NCBI GenBank assembly: GCA_965198175.1
Contig: OZ240245.1
Coordinates: 384,001 to 448,000 of the forward strand
Reading direction: 5' to 3'
DNA from: Candidatus Poribacteria bacterium
Lineage (GTDB): Bacteria; Poribacteria; WGA-4E; PCPOR2b
Length of the DNA: 64,000 nucleotides
The notes under the pieces were generated by a model. That model had not been told where the DNA came from. It was given only the letters and a program-made list of their open reading frames with translations, and searched no databases. Both the position numbers and the translations under genes were made by a program. Of the stretch, positions 40,206-49,099 are shown in pieces; position 1 is the first letter of the stretch; the number at the start of each line of letters is the position of its first letter.

Positions 40206-40751
40206 CTAGGCTTCACCGATACGTGCTAAACCACATTCCCAATCACAATCCAAACAGAAGCTCACACCCTTCGTGAGATTCTGGATTTTGCCACCGCAGT
40301 CTGGGCAAGTGGAACTTTCCGATGCGTTCGAGACAGTAAATACCTGGTGTTCTGAAGTTGGAGAAGATTGGTTCAGGGTTTCCATCAGAAGATGCGTACA
40401 CTCGTAGATGTGCCGGTTGCACTCCGGACAGCGATAGAAGAAGTTGGAGTGCAAGCCGGTAATATCTGGCGAGATGATGCATTGCAACGCATAGGTTACC
40501 GTGTTGTGGCGCACAAGACGTGCTTTCCCCGACCCTTCAATGGCAATCGCATCCCATTCGCTGAGATGGCGCTCTAGTTGAATGACGAGTTCGTCAATTC
40601 GATAGGCAGCGGCTGCCCACGGCTGCTCGGTAATTCCGAAGATTGCACTCGTCCGCTGCGGCGCAATCTGTTCAAAAACGCGACCACCAGCGAGTAATTT
40701 TGCCGGTAAAAAACCATCTTGAATGGAAAAATGATTCTCAGTCAAATGCAT
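40206..40751 (-). CDS. Hypothetical protein with Cys-rich (zinc-ribbon-like) motifs
   Basis: GAGG RBS; CPECNRHIYECTH and CPDCGG...FCLDCDWEC. Confidence 0.6.
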   Translation of the reverse strand: MHLTENHFSIQDGFLPAKLLAGGRVFEQIAPQRTSAIFGITEQPWAAAAYRIDELVIQLERHLSEWDAIAIEGSGKARLVRHNTVTYALQCIISPDITGLHSNFFYRCPECNRHIYECTHLLMETLNQSSPTSEHQVFTVSNASESSTCPDCGGKIQNLTKGVSFCLDCDWECGLARIGEA

Positions 40752-40955
40752 TGAAATAGCCTCTTTTGCGCGATACGGTCACACTCAAATGTGATGCATT
40801 CAGGCTGCTAATTCCTTATACTCGTCATCTCCTCAACCAACCATTTTCGAACGTCATGGTCTGATTCACTCGACATTGCGAGTTTTTCCCTTGTTCCCTT
40901 TCATGTTGGGTTACCGTTAGTAATTATGTGCAGGTGATGTGTTTTCGTACCTAAC

Positions 40956-41747
40956 CTAATATCCCAATTTTCGAAGATATTCCCGATTCACATCTAGTCT
41001 CTCTGCATCGGAGCGATTCTCGACTTGACCGGGGCATACCGTCACCCAGCGGCTATAGTCAATCTCCGCTAAGGTTTTCATAATTGAAGGAAAATCAATT
41101 GTCTTTCCACCGCCGATATCAATCCAATCGACTTCATAAGCGGTATCACCTCCACCGGAAGCGTGGCTGTAATCCTGAAGGTGGACATAGATTAACTCAT
41201 CCTTATACCGGCGTATCGCCTCAACAGGGGCACATCCCCATAACGCAGCATGTGACACATCAATACACAGCTTGCATTTCCGGAGCAGACTCATATATTT
41301 TGCCCAGTCCTGAATCGAATCGACAGTTGTGTTCGTGTGGATGTGGTAACAGACCTCCAAACTATACTGGGCAGCGTATTCCGCCCACTCTTCGGAAATG
41401 TCTGCCAGCGCAGCAATGTCCGAATTATTCACGGGGCGATCCTTGGGCTTGTCAGCGCCCATGAACATGAAACAATCCGCTCCAACTTCAGCGGCGAATT
41501 CAATCCGTCGTTTATTAATCTCGATTTGGTGCCAATCTTTATCAATTGGCAGTCCGTGTGCAGTTACCACAGCGACAGGCAAATCGACATTGTCGCAAAT
41601 CTGTCTGACTCGTTTGGGTGTGCCAAGCCAATCGAGTGATTGTCTCAGTTCCCACCCATGCCACCCTGCTTCCTTAATCTGAGTTAGAAGCAACTCAAGA
41701 TTCGGTGTTTGCCATCGCAAAGTGCTATATCCAAGTTTGAAACCCAT
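40956..41747 (-). CDS. Sugar phosphate isomerase/epimerase (IolE-like TIM barrel)
   Basis: GWHGWE, CYHIH, LCIDVSH, YVHLQD, GGGKTIDF. AGGAG RBS. Confidence 0.85.
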   Translation of the reverse strand: MGFKLGYSTLRWQTPNLELLLTQIKEAGWHGWELRQSLDWLGTPKRVRQICDNVDLPVAVVTAHGLPIDKDWHQIEINKRRIEFAAEVGADCFMFMGADKPKDRPVNNSDIAALADISEEWAEYAAQYSLEVCYHIHTNTTVDSIQDWAKYMSLLRKCKLCIDVSHAALWGCAPVEAIRRYKDELIYVHLQDYSHASGGGDTAYEVDWIDIGGGKTIDFPSIMKTLAEIDYSRWVTVCPGQVENRSDAERLDVNREYLRKLGY

Positions 41748-41891
41748 GCACAATCTCCTATTGAATGGGGAAAAGCAGAAATCAGAAAATGAAAGGAATT
41801 TTCTACCTTATTACAATCGCTATAGCTTGTCAAGTAATTTATCAGGAACAGCATGAAAATATGTATGTTCGGTGTTTAGGAAATTTGTTCC

Positions 41892-41921
41892 TTGACGAAC
41901 ATAGGGTTAGTGTGAGATAAT
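41892..41921 (+). promoter_or_regulatory. sigma70-like promoter for tpiA-secG
   Basis: TTGACG-18 nt-GATAAT with extended -10 TG. Confidence 0.5.
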
Positions 41922-42118
41922 TTAACTGCAGTCGAAAAATTGGTTCAAGCTTCGGCGACTCTTAGCATTCAATATCTCAAGGGGGATTTATCATAGCGAT
42001 TGCACATGTTCAACCGAAAGTTTTTGATGACGAATCCCCAACAAAAAAATGGGAGAATTGCTTAATAAATCTTAGTGCTGACTGCTGAAGAGTAAGAAAC
42101 TATTAATAGCTTGGAGAT

Positions 42119-42877
42119 ATGAGAACGCCAATCGTCACTGGTAACTGGAAGCTCTACAAGACAATCAGTGAAGCGGTAGAGTTTGTTATTGCGCTACGCG
42201 ATTTAGTCGCGGATGTTACCGATGTTGAGATTGTTATCGCCCCGCCCTTTACAGCCCTGTCGGCGGTTGCGAGAGTGCTAGAAGGAAGCAATATTCGACT
42301 TGCAGCGCAGGATGTGTTCTGGGAAGATAAAGGCGCGTTTACCGGCGAAGTTTCACCAGTAATGCTCAAGGAGTCCGGTTGTGACTATGCGATCATCGGT
42401 CATTCTGAGCGACGACAATATTTCGGTGAAACGGATGAAAGTGTCAATCGCAAGGCAAAAGCGGCACACATACACGGATTAAAACCGATTCTCTGTGTTG
42501 GCGAAAAACTTGAAGATCGGGACGCCGGAAACACTGGATTGGTCGTTGAAGAACACGTCATAAACGGAACCTCTGGCTTCTCCGAGGAAGAAATTCTGTC
42601 AACCGTGATTGCCTATGAACCTGTCTGGGCGATTGGCACAGGCAAAACGGCTAGATCGGATCAAGCGCAGGAAGTTCACGGTTTTGTCAGATCGTTGTTA
42701 TCAAGAATCTACTCGACCGATGTGGCAAGCCAAGTTCACCTCCAGTATGGCGGTAGTGTCAACCCAGGCAACACTGCCGAGTTGATGACGCAGCCAGATG
42801 TGGATGGGGTCTTGGTTGGCGGATCAAGCTTGAAAGTTGAGTCATTTGCACAGATTGTGAGAGCAGCAAACGGATAA
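42119..42877 (+). CDS. tpiA: Triosephosphate isomerase
   Basis: GNWK, GAFTGEVS, GHSERR, AYEPVWAIGTG, YGGSV. Confidence 0.98.
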   Translation: MRTPIVTGNWKLYKTISEAVEFVIALRDLVADVTDVEIVIAPPFTALSAVARVLEGSNIRLAAQDVFWEDKGAFTGEVSPVMLKESGCDYAIIGHSERRQYFGETDESVNRKAKAAHIHGLKPILCVGEKLEDRDAGNTGLVVEEHVINGTSGFSEEEILSTVIAYEPVWAIGTGKTARSDQAQEVHGFVRSLLSRIYSTDVASQVHLQYGGSVNPGNTAELMTQPDVDGVLVGGSSLKVESFAQIVRAANG

Positions 42878-42895
42878 AGAAAAGAGAGGATTGTC

Positions 42896-43282
42896 ATGGG
42901 AATTTTTATCGGTTTTGTAATGGTTATTTTTGTACCCGTATGTATTTTGTTGGTAGTCATCATTTTGTTGCAAGATAGCAAGGGTGAGGGGCTATCATCA
43001 AGCGCGTTTGGTGCTTCTGAAGTACAATCAGTTTTGGGAGGTAGAGGGGCGGCGTCCTTCCTCTCCAAACTTACCACGTGGCTTGCTGTTGGATTCATGT
43101 TGATGTCGCTCTTTTTAATGCGTTTCTACGGTGATATAAAAAGTGGCGGATTGAAGCCGCTGGAGGTGGAAGCGACGCATACGGAAAACGCGATTTCCAC
43201 CGATGATGAGGATAATGAAACAGAAGCAGATGTAGCCATTGATGCCGCTGAAGCTGGTGACGCTGAATCCGATGGTCAATAA
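42896..43282 (+). CDS. secG: Preprotein translocase subunit SecG
   Basis: ILLQDSKGEGLSSSAFG...FLSKLTTWLA, two TMs, conserved tpiA-secG synteny. Confidence 0.92.
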   Translation: MGIFIGFVMVIFVPVCILLVVIILLQDSKGEGLSSSAFGASEVQSVLGGRGAASFLSKLTTWLAVGFMLMSLFLMRFYGDIKSGGLKPLEVEATHTENAISTDDEDNETEADVAIDAAEAGDAESDGQ

Positions 43283-43346
43283 TCCGAATTTTCAGACATT
43301 ACGCTTTCACCTTTCGTATTGAGGTTTCAACTCTGAAAATCCACCA

Positions 43347-43763
43347 ATGTCCAATCAAGTAACTCCTCAAGAAAGTTGGACTGTCCACCCGCTCTGCGAC
43401 AGTTGGAAGCGATCATTAGTCTTGCTCCTTTTCCTCATCACTTTCTTCTCTAGCGTCTATTTTTTCTGGCGGTCTGTGTGGGTTACTCTCTTTTCAGCAA
43501 TCCTTCTATTGGGTTCTCTGTACCGATATTTCGTGCCATTCCGCTATGAACTCTACGCAGATGGCTTAGTTATCACTTCGCTGTTTTACCGAGTCACAAA
43601 GTCATGGTCTGACTTCCATAGTTTCTACGTTGATAGAAGCGGTGTATTACTTAGCCCATTCGCTAAACCCTCCCGGCTTGAGAATTTCCGAGGTCAATAT
43701 GTCCGTTTTGGATCCAACCGACTCGAAGTGATTGATTTCATCAAACGTAAAATTTCATCATAA
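43347..43763 (+). CDS. Hypothetical membrane protein (two TMs plus PH-like domain)
   Basis: Two hydrophobic helices, then YELYADGL...SWSDF...GVLLSPF...SRLENFRG. Confidence 0.7.
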   Translation: MSNQVTPQESWTVHPLCDSWKRSLVLLLFLITFFSSVYFFWRSVWVTLFSAILLLGSLYRYFVPFRYELYADGLVITSLFYRVTKSWSDFHSFYVDRSGVLLSPFAKPSRLENFRGQYVRFGSNRLEVIDFIKRKISS

Positions 43764-43882
43764 AGATGTAAACGGAGGCAAATCACTGCCATCAAAGGTC
43801 AAGGCTGATGAAAGACCGTGAACCGATAAGTCCATTTCGGTAGTTAATCATTTCCTGATATTTCCCCCTCGCGATTTTGTGT

Positions 43883-43911
43883 TTGATTAAAAAATCTAGT
43901 TATGCTATACT
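43883..43911 (+). promoter_or_regulatory. sigma70-like promoter
   Basis: TTGATT-17 nt-TATACT with extended -10 TG. Confidence 0.55.
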
Positions 43912-44046
43912 AAACAACCTAATTGAGCGACAAAACCCACAATAATTTCCATCAGCAGTGATGGGATCAACCGAGTGAATAACGAGGGCGATAGTCTTCC
44001 AAGTCGCCAAAGCTTTGAAGTTCCTGCTAAGGAGGTAAGGTCTCTA

Positions 44047-44838
44047 ATGATGAGTTTAAATGACTCTGTAAAGATGAACATAGCTGCTTTGCTTATACTT
44101 ATTTTATTCGTTGCCGGTTGCATGGGGGGAACAGCGTTAAAACACGAATCACCGGTTCATCCCCCTGAAAAACTACCTGAAGATATCGTGCTTGATGTAG
44201 ACAACCCTGACTTTTTCGAAATCGCTGCTAAAGGGCCAATACTCTCAATGACGCAGAAGGATATTACCGTTTCACTAACCTATTGGCGAAATGCAGATCT
44301 CAATTTCAAATATAATCGTGGGAGTTCAGTCTCACCTTTCTTTGAAACAGAAGCGCTTCATCAGGGCGATAAAACAGACGTCTTTTATGTCAAAATCGAA
44401 AACAATAGTCCCCAGAAGGTGGTCTTCAAGGTGCAGGGGAGACGCGCAAGAGATGCAGGCGGAGCGACGGCGATATGTGAAATTGCCGATATGCGAGAGA
44501 ATCGTTTCCCAGCGTTGAGCTATGTTGATTTGGAGCAACGTCTCAGATACATGAGAAAGGTCGGCGGGCTGTATGTCAAAAATGGACTCAGGATAGCGAG
44601 GCAAATCTTACTCGAGCGTCAGATTCCAGACAATGAAATACAACCGGGGACAAGCGCTGAAGGTTTTCTTCCATTTCAAGAGCTGAAACTAAATACCAGA
44701 GAGCTAGAAGTTATCATCCCGTTGGAGAAAGCACCGCCGGAAGGAACAGCAGGACGTTATCAGAACGTGGTTTTCAGGTTCCCCTTAGTACACTCCGAAT
44801 CGATTAGACACGCTCAACCTCCAACAACCAGATACTGA
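44047..44838 (+). CDS. Hypothetical lipoprotein
   Basis: AAGGAGG RBS; hydrophobic signal with lipobox VAGC. Confidence 0.75.
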   Translation: MMSLNDSVKMNIAALLILILFVAGCMGGTALKHESPVHPPEKLPEDIVLDVDNPDFFEIAAKGPILSMTQKDITVSLTYWRNADLNFKYNRGSSVSPFFETEALHQGDKTDVFYVKIENNSPQKVVFKVQGRRARDAGGATAICEIADMRENRFPALSYVDLEQRLRYMRKVGGLYVKNGLRIARQILLERQIPDNEIQPGTSAEGFLPFQELKLNTRELEVIIPLEKAPPEGTAGRYQNVVFRFPLVHSESIRHAQPPTTRY

Positions 44839-45296
44839 TGCTTGTATTATGTTATGAAATAGTTCATCTTCCATGTTGGCTAAACTAATCTTCTCTCCGA
44901 CCGGGTCTACGCTTTGTTTCGACGGGGGAGGCATGCTTGGCTAAATGTACAACTGAGGACGGATTGCGTTAAACAGAATTACGAAATCCCATCCTATTTC
45001 CGCTTGGACACCGAATCATTGAAGACATCAAGTGAAAGTATTGACCATCTCCTTTTCCGCCAGTAGCTTGAGGCATTTTTCCCCTATAGATTGAACCCCG
45101 ATAATTTCGCTTATCCTCGCTGTAACAAGTCTTGCTTTCAAAAGTAATCTCCTACCTGTTTTGATATCCCTTCAGATTCATTGACTTATTTCTTTCAATA
45201 GCGCTGTTCTCAGTAATCAAGATGGGCAGCTTTGCGTGCGCCACAAAAACCGAGTTGTGGCCTCCGCAGGAACGTCTCTCTTGAACGTGAATGGTG

Positions 45297-47063
45297 TCAA
45301 ACCTTGAAAATTTCTCCCAGACGATTCCCGAGAAAACGCCCTGCGACAATGAGACATGTCGTCAATATAAGCATCCCAACAACGCCCATTGCACTGGCAA
45401 CATATGCTCCCCCAACAGGGCGTTGCGAGAGCTTCCAGATGGCTTTGGTAATCGGGTAGAATTGATCGCGCATTGCAAGAATTAAGCTGTCAGCTACTTC
45501 CAACATTGAGAATGAGAATACCAAAATAGAACCAGCGATGATATTGGCAATCACCAGAGGAAGTGTAATCTTGTAGAGCGTATATGCAGGACTGGCGCCC
45601 AAATTCTGTGAGGCTTCCTCGTAAGTGACACTGGTCTGTTGAAGTCCAGCATAAATCGAGCGAAGCATATACGGCAATCGCCTCACAGCGTAGCTAATGA
45701 TCAACAACGCAACTGGGTTTTGGCGAGGGTCTAGCATTGATACGATTTGATTCGGGAGATGACGGAGAAGCAGCGTCGTATCCGCGAAGCTCCCGACATA
45801 GCCGAAGGCAAGCGCTACACCAGGAAGCGCTAAGGGCAACATCGCGATAGCATCGATCGAATTTTTGAAAGGGATGCGTTTACGGGTGAGCAGATATGAT
45901 ATCAAAATCCCAAAGATGAGCGCAAGTAAGGTGCTGAATGTACTGTAAAGCAAGCTATTTTTAATGCTGGGAAGGGTATCATTGTGAGTGAACACGGTTT
46001 CATAATGTTCTAGTGTGTAGCTTTGCGGCAAGACACTGAGGTTCCATTGACTTGCATCGGGGGTTAGAGACGACAACACCACGCTGATGTGCGGCAGCAA
46101 CGCCATGAGAATAATTCCCCCGACCAAAAAATAAATCACGCCACACATCCGCTTGTTTGCTTCGATTTCACGAGTGCTGACATGACCGCGTCCCAACATC
46201 GCATACTGTTTGTTGCTTGTATACCGCTTGGAAAGATAGAAAAAGATTGCTGTGAGTAAAATAACCAAAACAACAAGTGCGTATCCCATCGGGTTAACAT
46301 TTGCGTCGGTGACCTGCCGGAAAATTCGTACAGCGATAACTTCATTATAATTGAAGATTAACGGCGTTCCCAAATCGGTGAATGCCCAGATGAAAACAAG
46401 AATAGCGCCAGCGAAATAGCCGGGCAGCATGAGTGGCAGTGTAACCGTCCAAAGAAGTTTGAGACGCGAAGCACCCATATTTTCCGCAGCTTCCTCCAGA
46501 CTCCGATCCACGTTGGATAGTGCGGCTACAACGTTTAAATACATGATTGGATAGAGATGCAGGGTTGCTAGTAGCACTACCCCCCAAAAACCGCTGCCGA
46601 ACCAGTCAATTGGTTCGGCAAAATCAATTAGTCCAATCTTCATGAGGAAAGTATTCACGCTGCCATACGACCCGAAAAACTTCTGCATGCCAATCGCGCC
46701 GACAAAGGGCGGCATTATTATCGGAATCAGGATGACACCTTGCAGAGTGCTGCGACCGGGGAAGCGATAACGAGTCAAGAAATAGGCAAGGGGCAGACTG
46801 ATGAATGTTGAGACCAATGTTACGGCAATTCCAATCTTAAAGCTGTTAATCACCAGTTCACGTGTGTTTCCATCCGTAACTATCAGCTTAAAATACGATA
46901 GGCTCAGACGGTTATTGATCCACAAAGATTCTTTGAAAATGTAGAGAAGGGGATATATCAGGAATACGGTGAAGAAAAGAATAATTGGCAGAAGCAGGAG
47001 GAAAACGGAGGGATCAATTGAGCGAATAGCGAAGGCGATAGTCTTATCATGTTTGGAGGGCAT
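45297..47063 (-). CDS. Fe3+/thiamine-type ABC transporter permease (FbpB-like, fused dimer)
   Basis: Multiple TMs; two EAA loops LEEAAENMGAS and YEEASQNLGAS; PPFVGA; FTDLGTPL. Confidence 0.9.
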   Translation of the reverse strand: MPSKHDKTIAFAIRSIDPSVFLLLLPIILFFTVFLIYPLLYIFKESLWINNRLSLSYFKLIVTDGNTRELVINSFKIGIAVTLVSTFISLPLAYFLTRYRFPGRSTLQGVILIPIIMPPFVGAIGMQKFFGSYGSVNTFLMKIGLIDFAEPIDWFGSGFWGVVLLATLHLYPIMYLNVVAALSNVDRSLEEAAENMGASRLKLLWTVTLPLMLPGYFAGAILVFIWAFTDLGTPLIFNYNEVIAVRIFRQVTDANVNPMGYALVVLVILLTAIFFYLSKRYTSNKQYAMLGRGHVSTREIEANKRMCGVIYFLVGGIILMALLPHISVVLSSLTPDASQWNLSVLPQSYTLEHYETVFTHNDTLPSIKNSLLYSTFSTLLALIFGILISYLLTRKRIPFKNSIDAIAMLPLALPGVALAFGYVGSFADTTLLLRHLPNQIVSMLDPRQNPVALLIISYAVRRLPYMLRSIYAGLQQTSVTYEEASQNLGASPAYTLYKITLPLVIANIIAGSILVFSFSMLEVADSLILAMRDQFYPITKAIWKLSQRPVGGAYVASAMGVVGMLILTTCLIVAGRFLGNRLGEIFKV

Positions 47064-47209
47064 GAATTTTATTTGGGCGACTTATGCCAATTCTGTAGTA
47101 GCATAAACTTCTTGAGAAATTTGAGTCGCCCAGAAGACATAAACCTCACAGCGTCGCATGACATGGATGCGGTGTTGGGCGAACGCTTTGGAAATATAGT
47201 GACTATTCT

Positions 47210-48928
47210 CTATCTGGGCAAAACGGCGAGTTCCCGATTCAGGTTATACATTAACGCTCTACGGTCAAAATCGTCTACGAAGCCGTACAATCCGTAACGA
47301 AACGACCCGTCATTTTGAATCGTTTTGTCTTCAAGAGGGTCATATGCGAGGCTTTTCAGAAACTCATTTTTTTCGCCAATCCTTTGGGCAACAAGATTAC
47401 GCCGCTTAGTAAAATGCACGGCTTTCTCTAGCTGAGTTGGAATCGGTGCGGAAATATTCAGTTTATCCACCTTTTTCCTAATGCAATGTGTCTGTTGATC
47501 TTCGTGATTGACTATCAACCACTTGCTGCCTTTGTCTTCAATCGAGATAGTGACATTCTGAGGTAGCGGGATGCCATTGTTTTCAAACGCTTGTCGTAGT
47601 TTTTCTGAAATCTTCCGTTCATCCAAGTCAATTTGGAACTCCACCCCAATGCTGGCATGGGACTCTTGACGCGTCTGAAGGAATTTCTTCATTAAGTACC
47701 AACGCTTCGGACCGCCGTTATAGAAAGTATAGTCTGTCCAGTGGGACGGATTAAGATCCCGATCAAGGTTTAGTTCACTTCTGAGGAGCGTAGCGTTCTT
47801 GCCGTAAAAATTCATACATTCATCATATAAATGATAGGTCTCATCTCGTTTGAGGTGATAAGCTGCTAGAAAAGCGCTGATATGCGGGGCTTTAAGTAGG
47901 TTGATATAATATCTCCCCGTAGGGTCTTTCTTGGGATTATTGGTGCCTTTCAATTCCGCTTCCAGTCGAGCTAAATAGTTTTTCCATGTCAGCGGTTCAC
48001 CCGTCTCTAAATCTTTACCAAGACTAAGGAATTCAAGAAAGGGACTATATACTGGGGAATCTGGACTCATGATATCGCGGATTAACCCTGGTAGAACCGC
48101 CAAATTATTTTGTGCAATCCCAATATCATCGTTATTCACTCGGTTGTTATTGCGTCCCACTGCGATTTCATCGAAGTTTGATTCAATCTCAAAAATCCTC
48201 AAGAGCCGCAGTGGATCCACGTCAGCTACCTGCCCAGCGACAAGCGCAAATGGGAAATAGCGCCTGCCTTCAAACAGAACATGTCTCAACGTCATAGGGG
48301 AATAGCCGGGAACCTTGAGGTCTTTTTGATAGATTAGTTCATCTGTGGTAATTCCGTAGACCCTACGCTCTGTCTCCAGATCGAAATTATTATAAATTCC
48401 ATAAGCTTGTTCAATCGCTACCACGATTCGCTTCTCAAAGGTCAGTTGATATGACGTACGCTGTATTTCGTCGTAAACCACAACAGACTGCCTATGCCAA
48501 TCGCTTTGAGAATATCCAGATACCGCGAGTTCAATCAACTTCTGTTGGAGGTCCTTATCGGGCTGCGTAAGATGATTTAGGACATCATCAATTGCCGCGT
48601 CCTGTATTGTCTTTTGATTTGTTAGCGTAACAGCGAGCGTCTGATTATTTTTTAGATAATGCCAAACTGTATCATGGTTCTTAACGATACGATACCCAAG
48701 GAAAACGCCCAGTGCTGAAATACCTAGAGCAATTAATATAGAAACAAATAGCAGAGTTGTCCGACAAATCTTTTTCGCTATTGCCAAAAAGGAAGTTTTC
48801 GGCACAAATGGTGGAATCAATTGATTCAGGCAATCACTCATTGTTTTCTCATCTAAAATGAGTGGTTCGATTGGAGAAGGAGCCGACTTACGCCGGTCGC
48901 AATTCAATTTTCGCAGTGATATTCCCAT
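47210..48928 (-). CDS. Membrane-anchored protein with lytic-transglycosylase (SLT)-like motif
   Basis: One N-terminal TM; LLRIFEIESNFDEIAVGRN...DDIGIAQNN and FYNGGP resemble the SLT motifs. Start uncertain. Confidence 0.6.
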   Translation of the reverse strand: MGISLRKLNCDRRKSAPSPIEPLILDEKTMSDCLNQLIPPFVPKTSFLAIAKKICRTTLLFVSILIALGISALGVFLGYRIVKNHDTVWHYLKNNQTLAVTLTNQKTIQDAAIDDVLNHLTQPDKDLQQKLIELAVSGYSQSDWHRQSVVVYDEIQRTSYQLTFEKRIVVAIEQAYGIYNNFDLETERRVYGITTDELIYQKDLKVPGYSPMTLRHVLFEGRRYFPFALVAGQVADVDPLRLLRIFEIESNFDEIAVGRNNNRVNNDDIGIAQNNLAVLPGLIRDIMSPDSPVYSPFLEFLSLGKDLETGEPLTWKNYLARLEAELKGTNNPKKDPTGRYYINLLKAPHISAFLAAYHLKRDETYHLYDECMNFYGKNATLLRSELNLDRDLNPSHWTDYTFYNGGPKRWYLMKKFLQTRQESHASIGVEFQIDLDERKISEKLRQAFENNGIPLPQNVTISIEDKGSKWLIVNHEDQQTHCIRKKVDKLNISAPIPTQLEKAVHFTKRRNLVAQRIGEKNEFLKSLAYDPLEDKTIQNDGSFRYGLYGFVDDFDRRALMYNLNRELAVLPR

Positions 48929-49099
48929 AATCCTAATAAACGGTGATTATTGACGATTAACAACTTTAATTCGTTGATTCACGTTGATTGAAGGGAGAAT
49001 AATAAAATATTTGGAAAAAGTGGAAGATGAAAAATACTCGAAAATTCGTCCAATCTGTGATTGGGGTTTTTCGCTACCTACTCCGACTGGAAATTTTCG

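Noticed and set aside
44839..45296. ncRNA or small ORF in a convergent intergenic gap
   Set aside because: No tRNA/tmRNA/RNase P/SRP hallmarks seen; only short unsupported frames
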